Shown here: piece by piece, positions 48,604-57,696 of the stretch
How the letters are laid out: each line of letters opens with the position of its first letter
Position numbering within the stretch: position 1 is the stretch's first letter
NCBI GenBank assembly: GCA_016930415.1
Contig: JAFGGS010000016.1
Coordinates: 149,340 to 213,339, forward strand
Source: Candidatus Woesearchaeota archaeon
Lineage (GTDB): Archaea; Nanobdellota; Nanobdellia; Woesearchaeales; SM23-78
Direction of reading: 5' to 3'
Length of the DNA: 64,000 nt
Notes under the pieces: generated by a model
What the model saw: only the letters and a program-made list of their open reading frames with translations
Database searches by the model: none
Told to the model about the DNA's origin: nothing
Translations under genes and position numbers: made by a program

Positions 48604-49806
48604 ATGAAGCGCAAGATCGTCAGGATAGACGAAGACAAGTGCACAGGCTGCGGCGAGTGCGTCCCGAACTGCCAAGAAGGAGCCCTCCAGATAATAGACG
48701 GCAAAGCAAGACTCGTAAGCGACCTGTTCTGCGACGGCCTGGGAGCATGCATAGGCCACTGCCCAGAAGGAGCGATCACAATAGAGGAGCGCGAAGCAGA
48801 AGGATACGACGAGAGAAAGACCATGGAAGAGAACATAATCCCAAAAGGCAAGAACACCATAAGAGCGCACCTGGAACACCTAAGAAGCCACGGCGCGAGA
48901 GAATACCTGGAAGAGGCGATAAGACTCATGAAAGACAAGAACATCCCAAACCCACTAGAAGAAAAAGAACAACAATCCTGCGGCTGCCCAGGCGCGAAGA
49001 TGATGGACTTCACAGCAAGGCGAGCAGAAAGAGAAGAAAGCCAAGAAGAGACGCAATCAGAGCTCAGGCAATGGCCAGTCCAACTCCACCTAGTAAGCCC
49101 ACACGCGCCCTACTACCAAGGAAAAGACGTGGTCCTAGCAGCAGACTGCGCAGCCTACGCAACAGGAGGATTCCACAAGCAGCAGCTAAGAGGAAGAAGC
49201 CTGGCGATAGCCTGCCCAAAGCTAGACAGCGGACAAGAAGAATACATCGAGAAAATCCAAGCACTGATCGACGAGGCAAAGATAAACACGCTCAACGTAA
49301 TCACGATGGAAGTGCCCTGCTGCCAAGGACTGCTAGGCATAGCCCAGAAAGCCGCAAGCCAGGCCAAGAGAAAGATCCCCATAAAATCAACAGTGATAGG
49401 AATAAGAGGACGCATCCTCAAAGAGGAATGGATCTTAACCCCTGTAAGGGCCGAAAGCCTTGTAAGCCCCGACGTGCGCATCAGCGACCCTCGCAGCCCT
49501 GGCAAAAGCAGAATACTCCTCAAGGACAGGCGCAAGCTCCCTCTGCCGATCAATAGAATCCTTATGCATCTTGGACCCATAGACCGTAGAAACCAACAAA
49601 CCGATGAGAGAAAGCATGGCGATACTGCCAGGCTCAGGCGAGGCCTTGAAATCATAAAGCATCCCAATAAGGGAAGCGAAAGCGCCGACCCCAGACACGA
49701 ACTCTCCGACGACGTACCTGTTAGGATTGAACAAGGAACCGTCGCCAAAGCTCAAGGCAGCCCTGACAGGATCATAAAGCAGGAGCTTGGAATCGAAATC
49801 CCTTGA
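48604..49806 (+). CDS. 4Fe-4S di-cluster ferredoxin-domain protein; 3' end uncertain
   Basis: N-terminal CTGCGECVPNCQEGAL...CDGLGACIGHCPEGAI (two CxxCxxCxxxCP motifs). Conserved-looking core to about 49400. The tail beyond is Arg/Pro-rich and overlaps a convergent ORF. Confidence 0.55.
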   Translation: MKRKIVRIDEDKCTGCGECVPNCQEGALQIIDGKARLVSDLFCDGLGACIGHCPEGAITIEEREAEGYDERKTMEENIIPKGKNTIRAHLEHLRSHGAREYLEEAIRLMKDKNIPNPLEEKEQQSCGCPGAKMMDFTARRAEREESQEETQSELRQWPVQLHLVSPHAPYYQGKDVVLAADCAAYATGGFHKQQLRGRSLAIACPKLDSGQEEYIEKIQALIDEAKINTLNVITMEVPCCQGLLGIAQKAASQAKRKIPIKSTVIGIRGRILKEEWILTPVRAESLVSPDVRISDPRSPGKSRILLKDRRKLPLPINRILMHLGPIDRRNQQTDERKHGDTARLRRGLEIIKHPNKGSESADPRHELSDDVPVRIEQGTVAKAQGSPDRIIKQELGIEIP

Positions 49807-50076
49807 AGAAGCCGCGGTCGCGACAGCCAAAAGGCCAGGCGGGACGACCTGCTTGATATCCTCCACAGAGGAACACCTTATCCTCTGCCTCCTGAAAAGA
49901 GAAGGATGGCCATTAGCCTTCAAGCCATAGAAATCCCTAATCTGCCTCTGGAAATAGGCCCCTGAATCATCAGCCAAGGCATCAATCAAGAAACCATTCC
50001 CACGACCAGTATTAATCCACTCCCTTGCTTCAGGATCCGAAAACGCATCAGTCAACACTGCCATTTCAAAGTTCAC
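49435..50076 (-). CDS. Hypothetical protein (convergent with, and overlapping, the ferredoxin ORF tail)
   Basis: 213-aa ORF with hydrophobic segments (IAMLSLIGLLVSTVYG). No recognisable family. Confidence 0.35.
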   Translation of the reverse strand: MNFEMAVLTDAFSDPEAREWINTGRGNGFLIDALADDSGAYFQRQIRDFYGLKANGHPSLFRRQRIRCSSVEDIKQVVPPGLLAVATAASSRDFDSKLLLYDPVRAALSFGDGSLFNPNRYVVGEFVSGVGAFASLIGMLYDFKASPEPGSIAMLSLIGLLVSTVYGSKMHKDSIDRQRELAPVLEEYSAFARAARVADAHVGAYKAFGPYRG

Positions 50077-50114
50077 CAGTCAAAATCGAAAATGAAAAAG
50101 TATCAAAAAAGTTT

Positions 50115-53100
50115 TTACTTCCTAAAGACCCTGAAACTCGCATAGCCAGCAATAGCCAGCGCGACCAGCACGAAGAGCCAGAAGAGGTTGAAACCCTCAA
50201 ACCAACCAGACCTGCTACCGACACTAAAGCCAGTGATAGGACCCAAAGCCTTCTTGACGCCATCATTGTTCGAAAGCAAGATAGGCTCATCAGAACCAAA
50301 AGCGTCAGACCCATCAGAGCCGTCATCAACGCCAACACCACTCTCAAGAGGCGTGAAGCCAGAAGTCACGAAGAACTCATCCTCCTGCCCACTGTCAGAA
50401 GAGCCGCTTCCAGAGGAAGACTTCACAGTGCAAGCCTGCTTCTCCTCCTTAGAGACGCCATTCAAAGAGCAAGTCCTATGCTCCTCCCCATTGATGCAAG
50501 TGCTCCAATCACCGCACTCCCAGTTCGAAGCCACGAAGTAGCTACCACCGCCACTACCGCCGCCTCCACCGCCACTGCTCCTAGGGCAAGTACCGCAGTC
50601 AGCAGGGCACGAAGCGCAGGTCTCGCCATTATTGCACACCTGATCGCCGCATCCACCAACCCAAGGGTTAGAGCAGCTGCAGTTGCCAAGGCAGATATCC
50701 TGCGTGAAAGGCTCCCCATCATCGCAATCAGAATCCTGCTCGCATGACGCGTTGCATGACTCTATTGAACAGTTGTGTGTGAAGATCCTAGTCTGATTCG
50801 TGCACATGTCAGCAGTCTCATCGCAGACGCTTACAAATGCATGGCTGAAATCCCAAGTGAAAGGGTTGTCATCAGGCATGTTATCGCAAAGCCCGAGCTC
50901 TCCGTAATTATTGGCTGAACAATCCCTCGGCTCCCGGACGCAAACACCTGCAGAGCAATAATCCCCTACAGTGCACCACAATCCATCTATGCATGCAGTC
51001 CCGTCAGGCACGTTCCTGGTGTTGTTGGTATCGAACCATGATGTGTCTGTGATTTGGTATATGCAAGCATTAGGCGCGCAGGCATACTCCCTGTAATTAG
51101 CCTTCACTTGCTCCTTCTCAGCACAGTCGCTCACAGCAACCCACCTGGTAGTGGTCGTGTTGTACCAGCCATCCTTTGCGTCACAATCTTCTGTCTCGTA
51201 GATGCAACCGCAAGTCTCCACCATATCACAAGTTCCTGAGTAGTATCTGACTCCATCAACGCACTTCGCAGGGCAACTGACCTTTGCGTCGCACTCAGCT
51301 CCGCACTCTCCAGCCACACAATGGTAATTGAATGGATCATAGGCGCACCCGCAGATCCCATTGCAATCCCCATACATATCCCTTGTTCCAAGCATCGAGC
51401 CGTTGCACACGCTCAAGGCCTGGCCGCAGAAGGCGTTGTTGTGAGTGTTCGGGTATTCGCAAGTCTCAGGAGGATTAATAACTCCGTTTCCGCATAATCC
51501 CTGCTCGTGCTCGCAGGTGCAGTTGGCTAGGCAAGTGTCCTGGGTGTATGGGAGTCCGTCGTCGCAGTCTGCGTCGTCTTCGCACTCCGCGTCGCACCGC
51601 TCCACGTCGCACTCGTGCGTGTAGGTCCTGTTCTTCTCTGTGCACTCGTCGTGGTCCTCGTCGCACACGCTCGTGAATCCTGCGCTGTAGTCCCAGGTGA
51701 AGTAGATGCTGTCGGGGATGTTGTCGCACTTCGCGATCTCTCCGTAGCTATGCATGCTGCAATCCCGAGGTTCTCCGCCGCAGGCCCCGTCTGTGCAGAC
51801 GTCTGGGTCTGTGCACCAGAAGCCGTCGTTGCAGACAGTGCCGTTTGGAACGTTCCTCGTGTTGCCAGTGTCTATCCAAGTGTAATCTGTCACGTCGTAC
51901 GTGCATCCGTCAGGCAGGGCGCAGCGATAGTCCCTGTACTCTTTTTTCATCTGCTCTTTCTCCTTGCAGATGACATCGGCCACCCAACGGGTCTCATTGG
52001 TCACGTACCACCCGTCTTTGCTATCGCAATCCTCTGAATCGTATGAGCAGGCGCAAGCGCTCTGCATGTCGCAGGCTCCGCCATGATAATATACGTCATC
52101 TACGCACTTTGGAGCGCAGTCAGAGTCTGCGTCGCAAGTCGCGCCGCACTGTCCCTCTACGCAAGAGTACTGGAATGGGTCTTGTGCGCATCCGCATGCT
52201 GAGTTGCAGAGTCCGAAGGCATCCCTGGTCCCTGTCAAGTTACCGTTGCAGCTAGAGGTCGTCTGGGCGCAGAAAGGATTGTTGCTTGTGCCTGGAAGCT
52301 CGCAGGTCTCAGGAGGCTGGACTGTGCCGTCTCCGCAGTATGGGCCTTCATGCCTGCAGGTGCAGTTCTCAAGGCAAATATCAACAGTCAGAGGATTCTG
52401 GTCGTCGCAGTCTGCGTCAGTCTCGCACTCAGCATCGCATCGGTCCACGTCGCAGGTGTGGGCGAAAGTCCTCGTGCTTGACGTGCAGAGGTCGTGGACC
52501 TCGTCGCACACGCTAGTGAACCCTGAGCTGTAGTCCCAGGTGTAGAATATGCTGTCAGGGACGTTGTCGCACCTCGCGATCTCGTTGAAATCGTTGTGGC
52601 TGCAATCCCTTGAGGTTCCGGTGCATTGGCCTTGGACGCAGTAGTCTGGCGTGGTGCACCAGAGCCCGTCGTTACAGGTCGTTCCGTCGACCTTGTTCCT
52701 GGTCTCGCTCGTGTCGACCCATTGAGTTCCGGTCACGGTGTACTCGCATGAGACAGTCGCTGACTTGCAGGTGTAGTCCCTGTACTCTTGCTTCTTCTGC
52801 TTCTTCTCCTTGCAGACTCCATTGTCGACCCACCTGGTCTCGGAAGTGTCTTCCCAGCCATCGTAGTCATCGCAGTTCTCCACGACCTGGTCGTTAATCC
52901 AAGAGCCGTGCTCAGTGCAGCCAGAATCACAGTAATAATCACGGGCCCACTGGTGCTTCTTCACCTTGGATCCAGAGCAGTAATTCACGTAATTATCGGT
53001 AGAATCAGAATGTCTGTCAGAATATGTGTACGAGCAAGGCGTGTTGGTGTTGCCTTCAACACAGGAGTAATCCCTTTGCTCGCAGCCGTTGTTCCAAGAG

Positions 53101-53609
53101 TAGCAGCCGTCGAAGTCGTTGCACTTCTCCCCCCAAGCGTTTATGCTCTCAGCGCAAGTGGGAGGGCTGAATACCTTGTGGATCCTCTGCTGTGAGGCTG
53201 AGCAGTACCACCCGTCAGGTGGGCAGCTGCTTCCAGTGACGGTCAGGGTCGCAGATTCGCTATCAGAAGTACAGCAACATGGATCGCATGAAGTCTCGGT
53301 AGCAGTACAAGTCACGGTGTATGTGCCAACACCATTGTACTGGCTTGGACCTACATTCACTGTTTTCTGAGCACTACTGCTAGAGACCGATCCTGATTGA
53401 AGCACCTTATTGACGCCGTTTCCAGTGAGCCTGATCTCATAGTTCGCTGTGCCAGACATCGGATCGACAGTGCATGTGAACGGAGCAGAGGCTCCATTGC
53501 TTATGGTCTGGTCTGAGCTCATGAACACGAGCACCGCAGCTACAAAACTAGCGCTTAGAGTTATTGCCAATACAAGTAACAAAAGCTTGTTGAATCTTAA
53601 ATATTTCAT
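50115..53609 (-). CDS. Giant (1164 aa) secreted Cys-repeat surface protein with three ~270-aa tandem repeats and C-terminal anchoring cassette
   Basis: Signal peptide. Repeats each contain CDNxPDxxxFTWDYSxGFTSVCDE...C. CGDQVCNNGETCASCPADCGTC, then G6SG3S, then NWECGDWSTCINGEEHRTC, then a C-terminal TM plus RVFRK. A strong GGGGGGA Shine-Dalgarno lies 7 nt upstream, coupled to the upstream gene. Confidence 0.85.
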   Translation of the reverse strand: MKYLRFNKLLLLVLAITLSASFVAAVLVFMSSDQTISNGASAPFTCTVDPMSGTANYEIRLTGNGVNKVLQSGSVSSSSAQKTVNVGPSQYNGVGTYTVTCTATETSCDPCCCTSDSESATLTVTGSSCPPDGWYCSASQQRIHKVFSPPTCAESINAWGEKCNDFDGCYSWNNGCEQRDYSCVEGNTNTPCSYTYSDRHSDSTDNYVNYCSGSKVKKHQWARDYYCDSGCTEHGSWINDQVVENCDDYDGWEDTSETRWVDNGVCKEKKQKKQEYRDYTCKSATVSCEYTVTGTQWVDTSETRNKVDGTTCNDGLWCTTPDYCVQGQCTGTSRDCSHNDFNEIARCDNVPDSIFYTWDYSSGFTSVCDEVHDLCTSSTRTFAHTCDVDRCDAECETDADCDDQNPLTVDICLENCTCRHEGPYCGDGTVQPPETCELPGTSNNPFCAQTTSSCNGNLTGTRDAFGLCNSACGCAQDPFQYSCVEGQCGATCDADSDCAPKCVDDVYYHGGACDMQSACACSYDSEDCDSKDGWYVTNETRWVADVICKEKEQMKKEYRDYRCALPDGCTYDVTDYTWIDTGNTRNVPNGTVCNDGFWCTDPDVCTDGACGGEPRDCSMHSYGEIAKCDNIPDSIYFTWDYSAGFTSVCDEDHDECTEKNRTYTHECDVERCDAECEDDADCDDGLPYTQDTCLANCTCEHEQGLCGNGVINPPETCEYPNTHNNAFCGQALSVCNGSMLGTRDMYGDCNGICGCAYDPFNYHCVAGECGAECDAKVSCPAKCVDGVRYYSGTCDMVETCGCIYETEDCDAKDGWYNTTTTRWVAVSDCAEKEQVKANYREYACAPNACIYQITDTSWFDTNNTRNVPDGTACIDGLWCTVGDYCSAGVCVREPRDCSANNYGELGLCDNMPDDNPFTWDFSHAFVSVCDETADMCTNQTRIFTHNCSIESCNASCEQDSDCDDGEPFTQDICLGNCSCSNPWVGGCGDQVCNNGETCASCPADCGTCPRSSGGGGGGSGGGSYFVASNWECGDWSTCINGEEHRTCSLNGVSKEEKQACTVKSSSGSGSSDSGQEDEFFVTSGFTPLESGVGVDDGSDGSDAFGSDEPILLSNNDGVKKALGPITGFSVGSRSGWFEGFNLFWLFVLVALAIAGYASFRVFRK

Positions 53610-53622
53610 TCCTCATCCCCCC

Positions 53623-54897
53623 TTAAAGCCTTAATTTCACACCGACGCCAAAGCGTTTGGTGACTCTTGGCATTACCTGGACAGTCTGGTTGTCAGCCCC
53701 ATGGTACACGCTATTTGCTCCATGATAGCTGACCCCTCCATTTCCAACGATGCTGAGTTTGTTCTTAATGATTTCTGCTTCCACTATAGCATCAACAAAT
53801 GCATGGATGCCTCCAGTCTTTGAAGTAGCGTTGTAGCATTCCTGTCGCTTGATCTCTTCCCTAGTGGCGGAGTCCGTGGCAGTTTGGTATTGCGTGTTCG
53901 ATGAGTTCAAAGACTCATAACCAACACCTAGCCTGCCACCAAGATGAATTTTTCCGCGACCTTCTTTCATCAACTGAGCAATAGCTCCAAAGTGAGTTAC
54001 GTCAATCTCAGATCCATAGAATGATTCAAGGTCCAGTACCTGTCTTCCGGTGTCGACTCCAAGATCAGCCTGGAATCTGCGGTTAATAGATTTTCGTCCA
54101 AATCCTGCATATACTCCTCCACCAAAAGACCAGTTCTCTCCGGCTTTGAGGACTACCAATGATCCTTCATGTATGAATCCTGCATCATTCTTGTAGTCAA
54201 GCAACACATCTATATTTGCAGGAACCTTAACTTCAAAAGGAACTGGAACCGGAATCTCAGTCTCTGTCTTGATGATTTCCGGGACGCATTTCACGTCAGG
54301 GCCTGTTGCAGGGCATTCAGGTGCTTTCGCAACCAGGTCTGCCATTACTTCCAGGAGGACTGGCTTTAGTGATGCGTTCACGCCTTTGTCCTTTTCTCCT
54401 GCTATGAATAGCAAGTATTTTCCTGGTTTTAGCCCGTCATTCTTAGGGTTCAAGGGTGATAAATCGAATGCATAGGGTGTCTTGTTTGAGCTTGATGTCG
54501 CATCTTTGAAGTGTGTCTTGCCATCCAGTGAAGTTATGAGGGCATCTAGTGCCAGATTCTTTCCGATTCCGTTTGCATCGAATGCGATTGCGTTCTCTGG
54601 ATCGCAGAAGGTCATATTGTCACTCTCATACATCTTAATGTGGCCACCGCTCATTGCAATGGTATAATCTTTGGTTGTGCTTTGAGCACCAGATACCTGA
54701 ACGCAGGTTGGATTGATCTTGTAATCCTCTGATTTGACGTCTGTTGCTACCGGCTTCGTACTTTTTACGTTTTCGGCTGCTTGTGCTGGTCCTGCATATA
54801 GGAATCCTCCGAAGAGTGTTGCTGCTCCAAGAACGGTTGCGCCTATCATTCGTCTTAATCTAGAAGTGTTTGCTTTGCTGACTTTTGTTTCTAACAT
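53623..54897 (-). CDS. Secreted two-domain protein whose C-terminal ~190 aa look like an outer-membrane-type beta-barrel
   Basis: Signal peptide with AQA cleavage site. Pro-rich linker (PVPVPFEVKVP). C-terminal region of alternating hydrophobic, Gly/aromatic-rich strands (VYAGFGRK, IHLGGRLGVGYESL, LSIVGNGGVSYHG) ending FGVGVKLRL. Gene ends 13 nt before the giant Cys-repeat gene. Confidence 0.65.
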   Translation of the reverse strand: MLETKVSKANTSRLRRMIGATVLGAATLFGGFLYAGPAQAAENVKSTKPVATDVKSEDYKINPTCVQVSGAQSTTKDYTIAMSGGHIKMYESDNMTFCDPENAIAFDANGIGKNLALDALITSLDGKTHFKDATSSSNKTPYAFDLSPLNPKNDGLKPGKYLLFIAGEKDKGVNASLKPVLLEVMADLVAKAPECPATGPDVKCVPEIIKTETEIPVPVPFEVKVPANIDVLLDYKNDAGFIHEGSLVVLKAGENWSFGGGVYAGFGRKSINRRFQADLGVDTGRQVLDLESFYGSEIDVTHFGAIAQLMKEGRGKIHLGGRLGVGYESLNSSNTQYQTATDSATREEIKRQECYNATSKTGGIHAFVDAIVEAEIIKNKLSIVGNGGVSYHGANSVYHGADNQTVQVMPRVTKRFGVGVKLRL

Positions 54898-55040
54898 TAT
54901 TTTTCCCCCCGTTGCAATATCATAATGATATCTTTATCCGGATATAATTCGGTGGGAAGAGAGTTTTCTTTTTAAAGGTTAGCATTTTCACCACTACGAA
55001 AGGAATACTACTTCACCGACGACAAAAAAATGTTCAAATA

Positions 55041-55133
55041 CGTCACTAAACAGTGACTAAAAAAATATCATTTTTTATTTTTTAAGAAGACAAGCAACAG
55101 AAATCCACCAGAAGAAAAGTGTTTTAAACACTT
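55041..55133. promoter_or_regulatory. Two perfect palindromes (GTCACTAAACAGTGAC at 55041-55056; AAGTGTTTTAAACACTT at 55117-55133) in the divergent intergenic region between the barrel gene and cbf5
   Basis: Perfect 6- and 7-bp inverted-repeat arms in a 330-bp AT-rich intergenic region; candidate operator sites. Confidence 0.3.
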
Positions 55134-55228
55134 CAAGCTTCTTAAAAGAAAACAACCGAGCGGCGCACTCATCGGAATACGGCTCGACCAAGCGCCGTTT
55201 GAAAATAGACCTTTAAGAAGACAACATC

Positions 55229-56224
55229 ATGAAAATCAACAAGTTCCCCTGGATGGACAAACGAGAAGTCTTAGTCAAGAGCGAGTCTGAGACTGACCCC
55301 AAGTACGGCTGTGACCCTGAGAAGCGATCAATCCCAGACCTATTAGACTATGGCATCGTGAACATCGACAAGCCATCAGGCCCCTCCAGCCACGAAGTCT
55401 CAAGCTTTGTCAAAAAAATCCTGAAAGTAGAAAAATCAGGCCACTCAGGCACACTCGACCCAAAAGTCACCGGCGTCCTGCCAGTCGCCATAGGCAGAGG
55501 CACAAGGATAGTCCAATCCCTCCTAACAGCAGGAAAGGAATACGTCTGCCTGATGACCATACACGAGGATAAGGACGAGGAGAAGATAAGAGCTGCGATG
55601 CAGAGCTTCGTCGGCGAGATAGACCAGCTCCCACCAGTGAGGAGCGCAGTCAAACGCCAGATGAGAAGGAGGACAATATACTATATAGAGATAATAGACA
55701 TCAAAGGGCGAGACGTGCTCTTCAGAGTCGGCTGCCAGGCAGGCACCTACATAAGGAAGCTATGCACAGACATAGGACAAAAACTAGGGATGGGAGCACA
55801 CATGGCAGAATTAAGGAGGACAATGGCAGGCCCATTCGACGAATCAACCATCTGCACGCTCCAAGACCTGACAGACGCACACCACTACTACGAGAGCGAA
55901 GGGAAAGAAGACAAGCTAAGGAAACTCGTACAAACAGTGGAGCGAGGAGCAGGTCACCTGAAAAAAGTCTGGATCCACGACAGCACAGTCAGCAGCATCT
56001 GCCACGGCGCATACCTAAACCTCCCAGGCATCTCAAAGCTAGAATCAAGAATCGACAAAGGCGAGAGGATCGCAGTCCTGACGCTCAAAGGAGAACTAGT
56101 CATGGCAGCAATCTCCCAGATGACGAGCGAAGAAGCCATGAAAAAAGACAAGGGACTATTCGCAAAGCCAGACCAGGTCTTCATGCAGCCAGGAGCATAC
56201 CCGAAGATAAAGGCCAAGGAATAA
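55229..56224 (+). CDS. cbf5: H/ACA RNP pseudouridine synthase Cbf5 (TruB family) with PUA domain
   Basis: GIVNIDKPSGPSSHEVSSFVKKILKVEKSGHSGTLDPKVTGVLPVAIGRGTR matches the TruB catalytic motif (HxGTLDP). C-terminal PUA-like region. Confidence 0.85.
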   Translation: MKINKFPWMDKREVLVKSESETDPKYGCDPEKRSIPDLLDYGIVNIDKPSGPSSHEVSSFVKKILKVEKSGHSGTLDPKVTGVLPVAIGRGTRIVQSLLTAGKEYVCLMTIHEDKDEEKIRAAMQSFVGEIDQLPPVRSAVKRQMRRRTIYYIEIIDIKGRDVLFRVGCQAGTYIRKLCTDIGQKLGMGAHMAELRRTMAGPFDESTICTLQDLTDAHHYYESEGKEDKLRKLVQTVERGAGHLKKVWIHDSTVSSICHGAYLNLPGISKLESRIDKGERIAVLTLKGELVMAAISQMTSEEAMKKDKGLFAKPDQVFMQPGAYPKIKAKE

Positions 56225-56281
56225 TTCTGAACAAAAAGAAAGAAAACAATATGAAATAATCTAAAAGACCCATATGAAAAT

Positions 56282-56641
56282 CTAGATCTTAATCTTATCA
56301 GCCAAGGTGCCAAGGACAGGCATAGGCTCATCCTTCTTGGTAGCCGCGTGGATAATCCCGATAACCCATAGTATCAGGAATAATATCTGCGCAATAGGGA
56401 TAAGCACCCAACCAAGGAGCGGGATAGCGCTAAGCACCATGACGACTGCAATCCAGAGCACGAGCAAGACAATACCCTGTCGGACATGCCTCTTCACAAA
56501 AGCATTCCCCTTCATCGAAGCATCCGCAAAATACCAGATTATCCCGACTAAGAGGTAGCTTAGCACTGCGCACGCAACGTCATTGCCAGAGCCATTAGAT
56601 TGACCCTTCTTTGAAACAACACTCTTCTTAGGCTTTGCCAT
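56282..56641 (-). CDS. DUF4870-like small membrane protein
   Basis: AVLSYLLVGIIWYFADASMKGNAFVKRHVRQGIVLLVLW matches the DUF4870 pattern (FHAKQ-like), with 2-3 TM. Confidence 0.5.
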   Translation of the reverse strand: MAKPKKSVVSKKGQSNGSGNDVACAVLSYLLVGIIWYFADASMKGNAFVKRHVRQGIVLLVLWIAVVMVLSAIPLLGWVLIPIAQILFLILWVIGIIHAATKKDEPMPVLGTLADKIKI

Positions 56642-56808
56642 TCAAATAACCCCCTAAAACCTTTTCAACCGAAAAACTTTGATAAACAAGACAAATATCG
56701 GATTCCATATAAATATCTTTTTGTTTTTCAAGAGGGAATGCCAGCGCAAAGCAGAAACCCGCGAAAGACATATATACTATAAGCGACTAACCATCTGCCA
56801 GGCGACTA

Positions 56809-57327
56809 ATGAGTCTTCGAGACACATCACAAAGCGCAGACGACCCTTCATACGGCACTTGTTCTAGCAAAGAGCCCAGCAAGCCCACACATCCAAGAAA
56901 CGAGCAGAAAACACTCCTCCAAAGGATGCGCGAGATAAGCCCGGAAGTATACCTAAGAGAAGCAAGAGAATACGCCGACAGAGGAGATATAGTATACGCA
57001 GACTACTTCTTAAGGCGCCTGCCAGGAAGCATATACTTCTGCGAGGAAGCCAACAAGATACGGCGCATGCTAGCAGTCCCACGCGCAAGGAAAGCAGGAG
57101 AATTAGGCATGTCAAAAGAGGCCTACCCGCTGCTAAGGACGGCGCTAAACGACTCTGCAGGGATAAGGCAAGTCATCTTGATAACCACAACATATATTGC
57201 TTCAGCAGTCACCACCGCTCTAGGAAGCATATGCGTGATAAACCTGAAGAAAACCGAATGCCTGCCAACACCATCCCCAGGCCTCATTGAGGATCTGCTG
57301 CAAAGAGAGAGTCATCACTCACCTTGA
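56809..57327 (+). CDS. Hypothetical protein (disordered N-terminus, helical region, one TM)
   Basis: TATA-like ATATATAC 31 nt upstream of the ATG. TM segment IRQVILITTTYIASAVTTALGSICVI. No family recognised. Confidence 0.3.
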   Translation: MSLRDTSQSADDPSYGTCSSKEPSKPTHPRNEQKTLLQRMREISPEVYLREAREYADRGDIVYADYFLRRLPGSIYFCEEANKIRRMLAVPRARKAGELGMSKEAYPLLRTALNDSAGIRQVILITTTYIASAVTTALGSICVINLKKTECLPTPSPGLIEDLLQRESHHSP

Positions 57328-57595
57328 AAAGGCCTATCCTCGCGCCCGCGTCAAGCCAGGCGTGAGCGTAGTTCACGGCCGCAAACGCCAAGACATAATT
57401 GCCCTTCTCACGGAAGTGCTTGGCATCGCTAAAATACCTCTGCGCCATGTCAAGGAAGTCAAGAGCCTGGCTTCTCCTAGGCCCATCCATCTCAGACGAC
57501 TTCACCACATCAAGCGCCTTCTGCGTGACACCGAAGTACTTCTCAAGCCTGCGATCGCAGACGACATTCACCCGTTTGACCTTAGCACCAGCCAT
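57284..57595 (-). CDS. Conserved archaeal small protein (DUF357-like)
   Basis: YFSDAKHFREKGNYVLAFAAVNYAHAWLDAGARIGL resembles the DUF357 core (EKGDY..AFAA..YAHGWLDAG.RLGL). Confidence 0.45.
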   Translation of the reverse strand: MAGAKVKRVNVVCDRRLEKYFGVTQKALDVVKSSEMDGPRRSQALDFLDMAQRYFSDAKHFREKGNYVLAFAAVNYAHAWLDAGARIGLFKVSDDSLFAADPQ

Positions 57596-57696
57596 GAAAA
57601 AAAAACCACCAAAAAATCAATAAACCAAAGACAAGTTAAAAATATTTATAAATGTTGCTGAACATCGATAAGAAATAACGAGGAAGAGGGACTTTT

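Noticed and set aside
48558-49556. 332-aa Arg/Pro-rich plus-strand ORF
   Set aside because: Alternative frame of the ferredoxin-domain gene and antisense to hxlR. Extreme Arg/Pro/Lys composition typical of out-of-frame translation of GC-rich coding DNA.
51054-53370. Plus-strand ORFs (e.g. 51615-52037, 52788-53195) inside the 1164-aa Cys-repeat gene
   Set aside because: Antisense to a well-supported secreted-protein ORF. Val/Arg/Ala-rich composition with no motifs.
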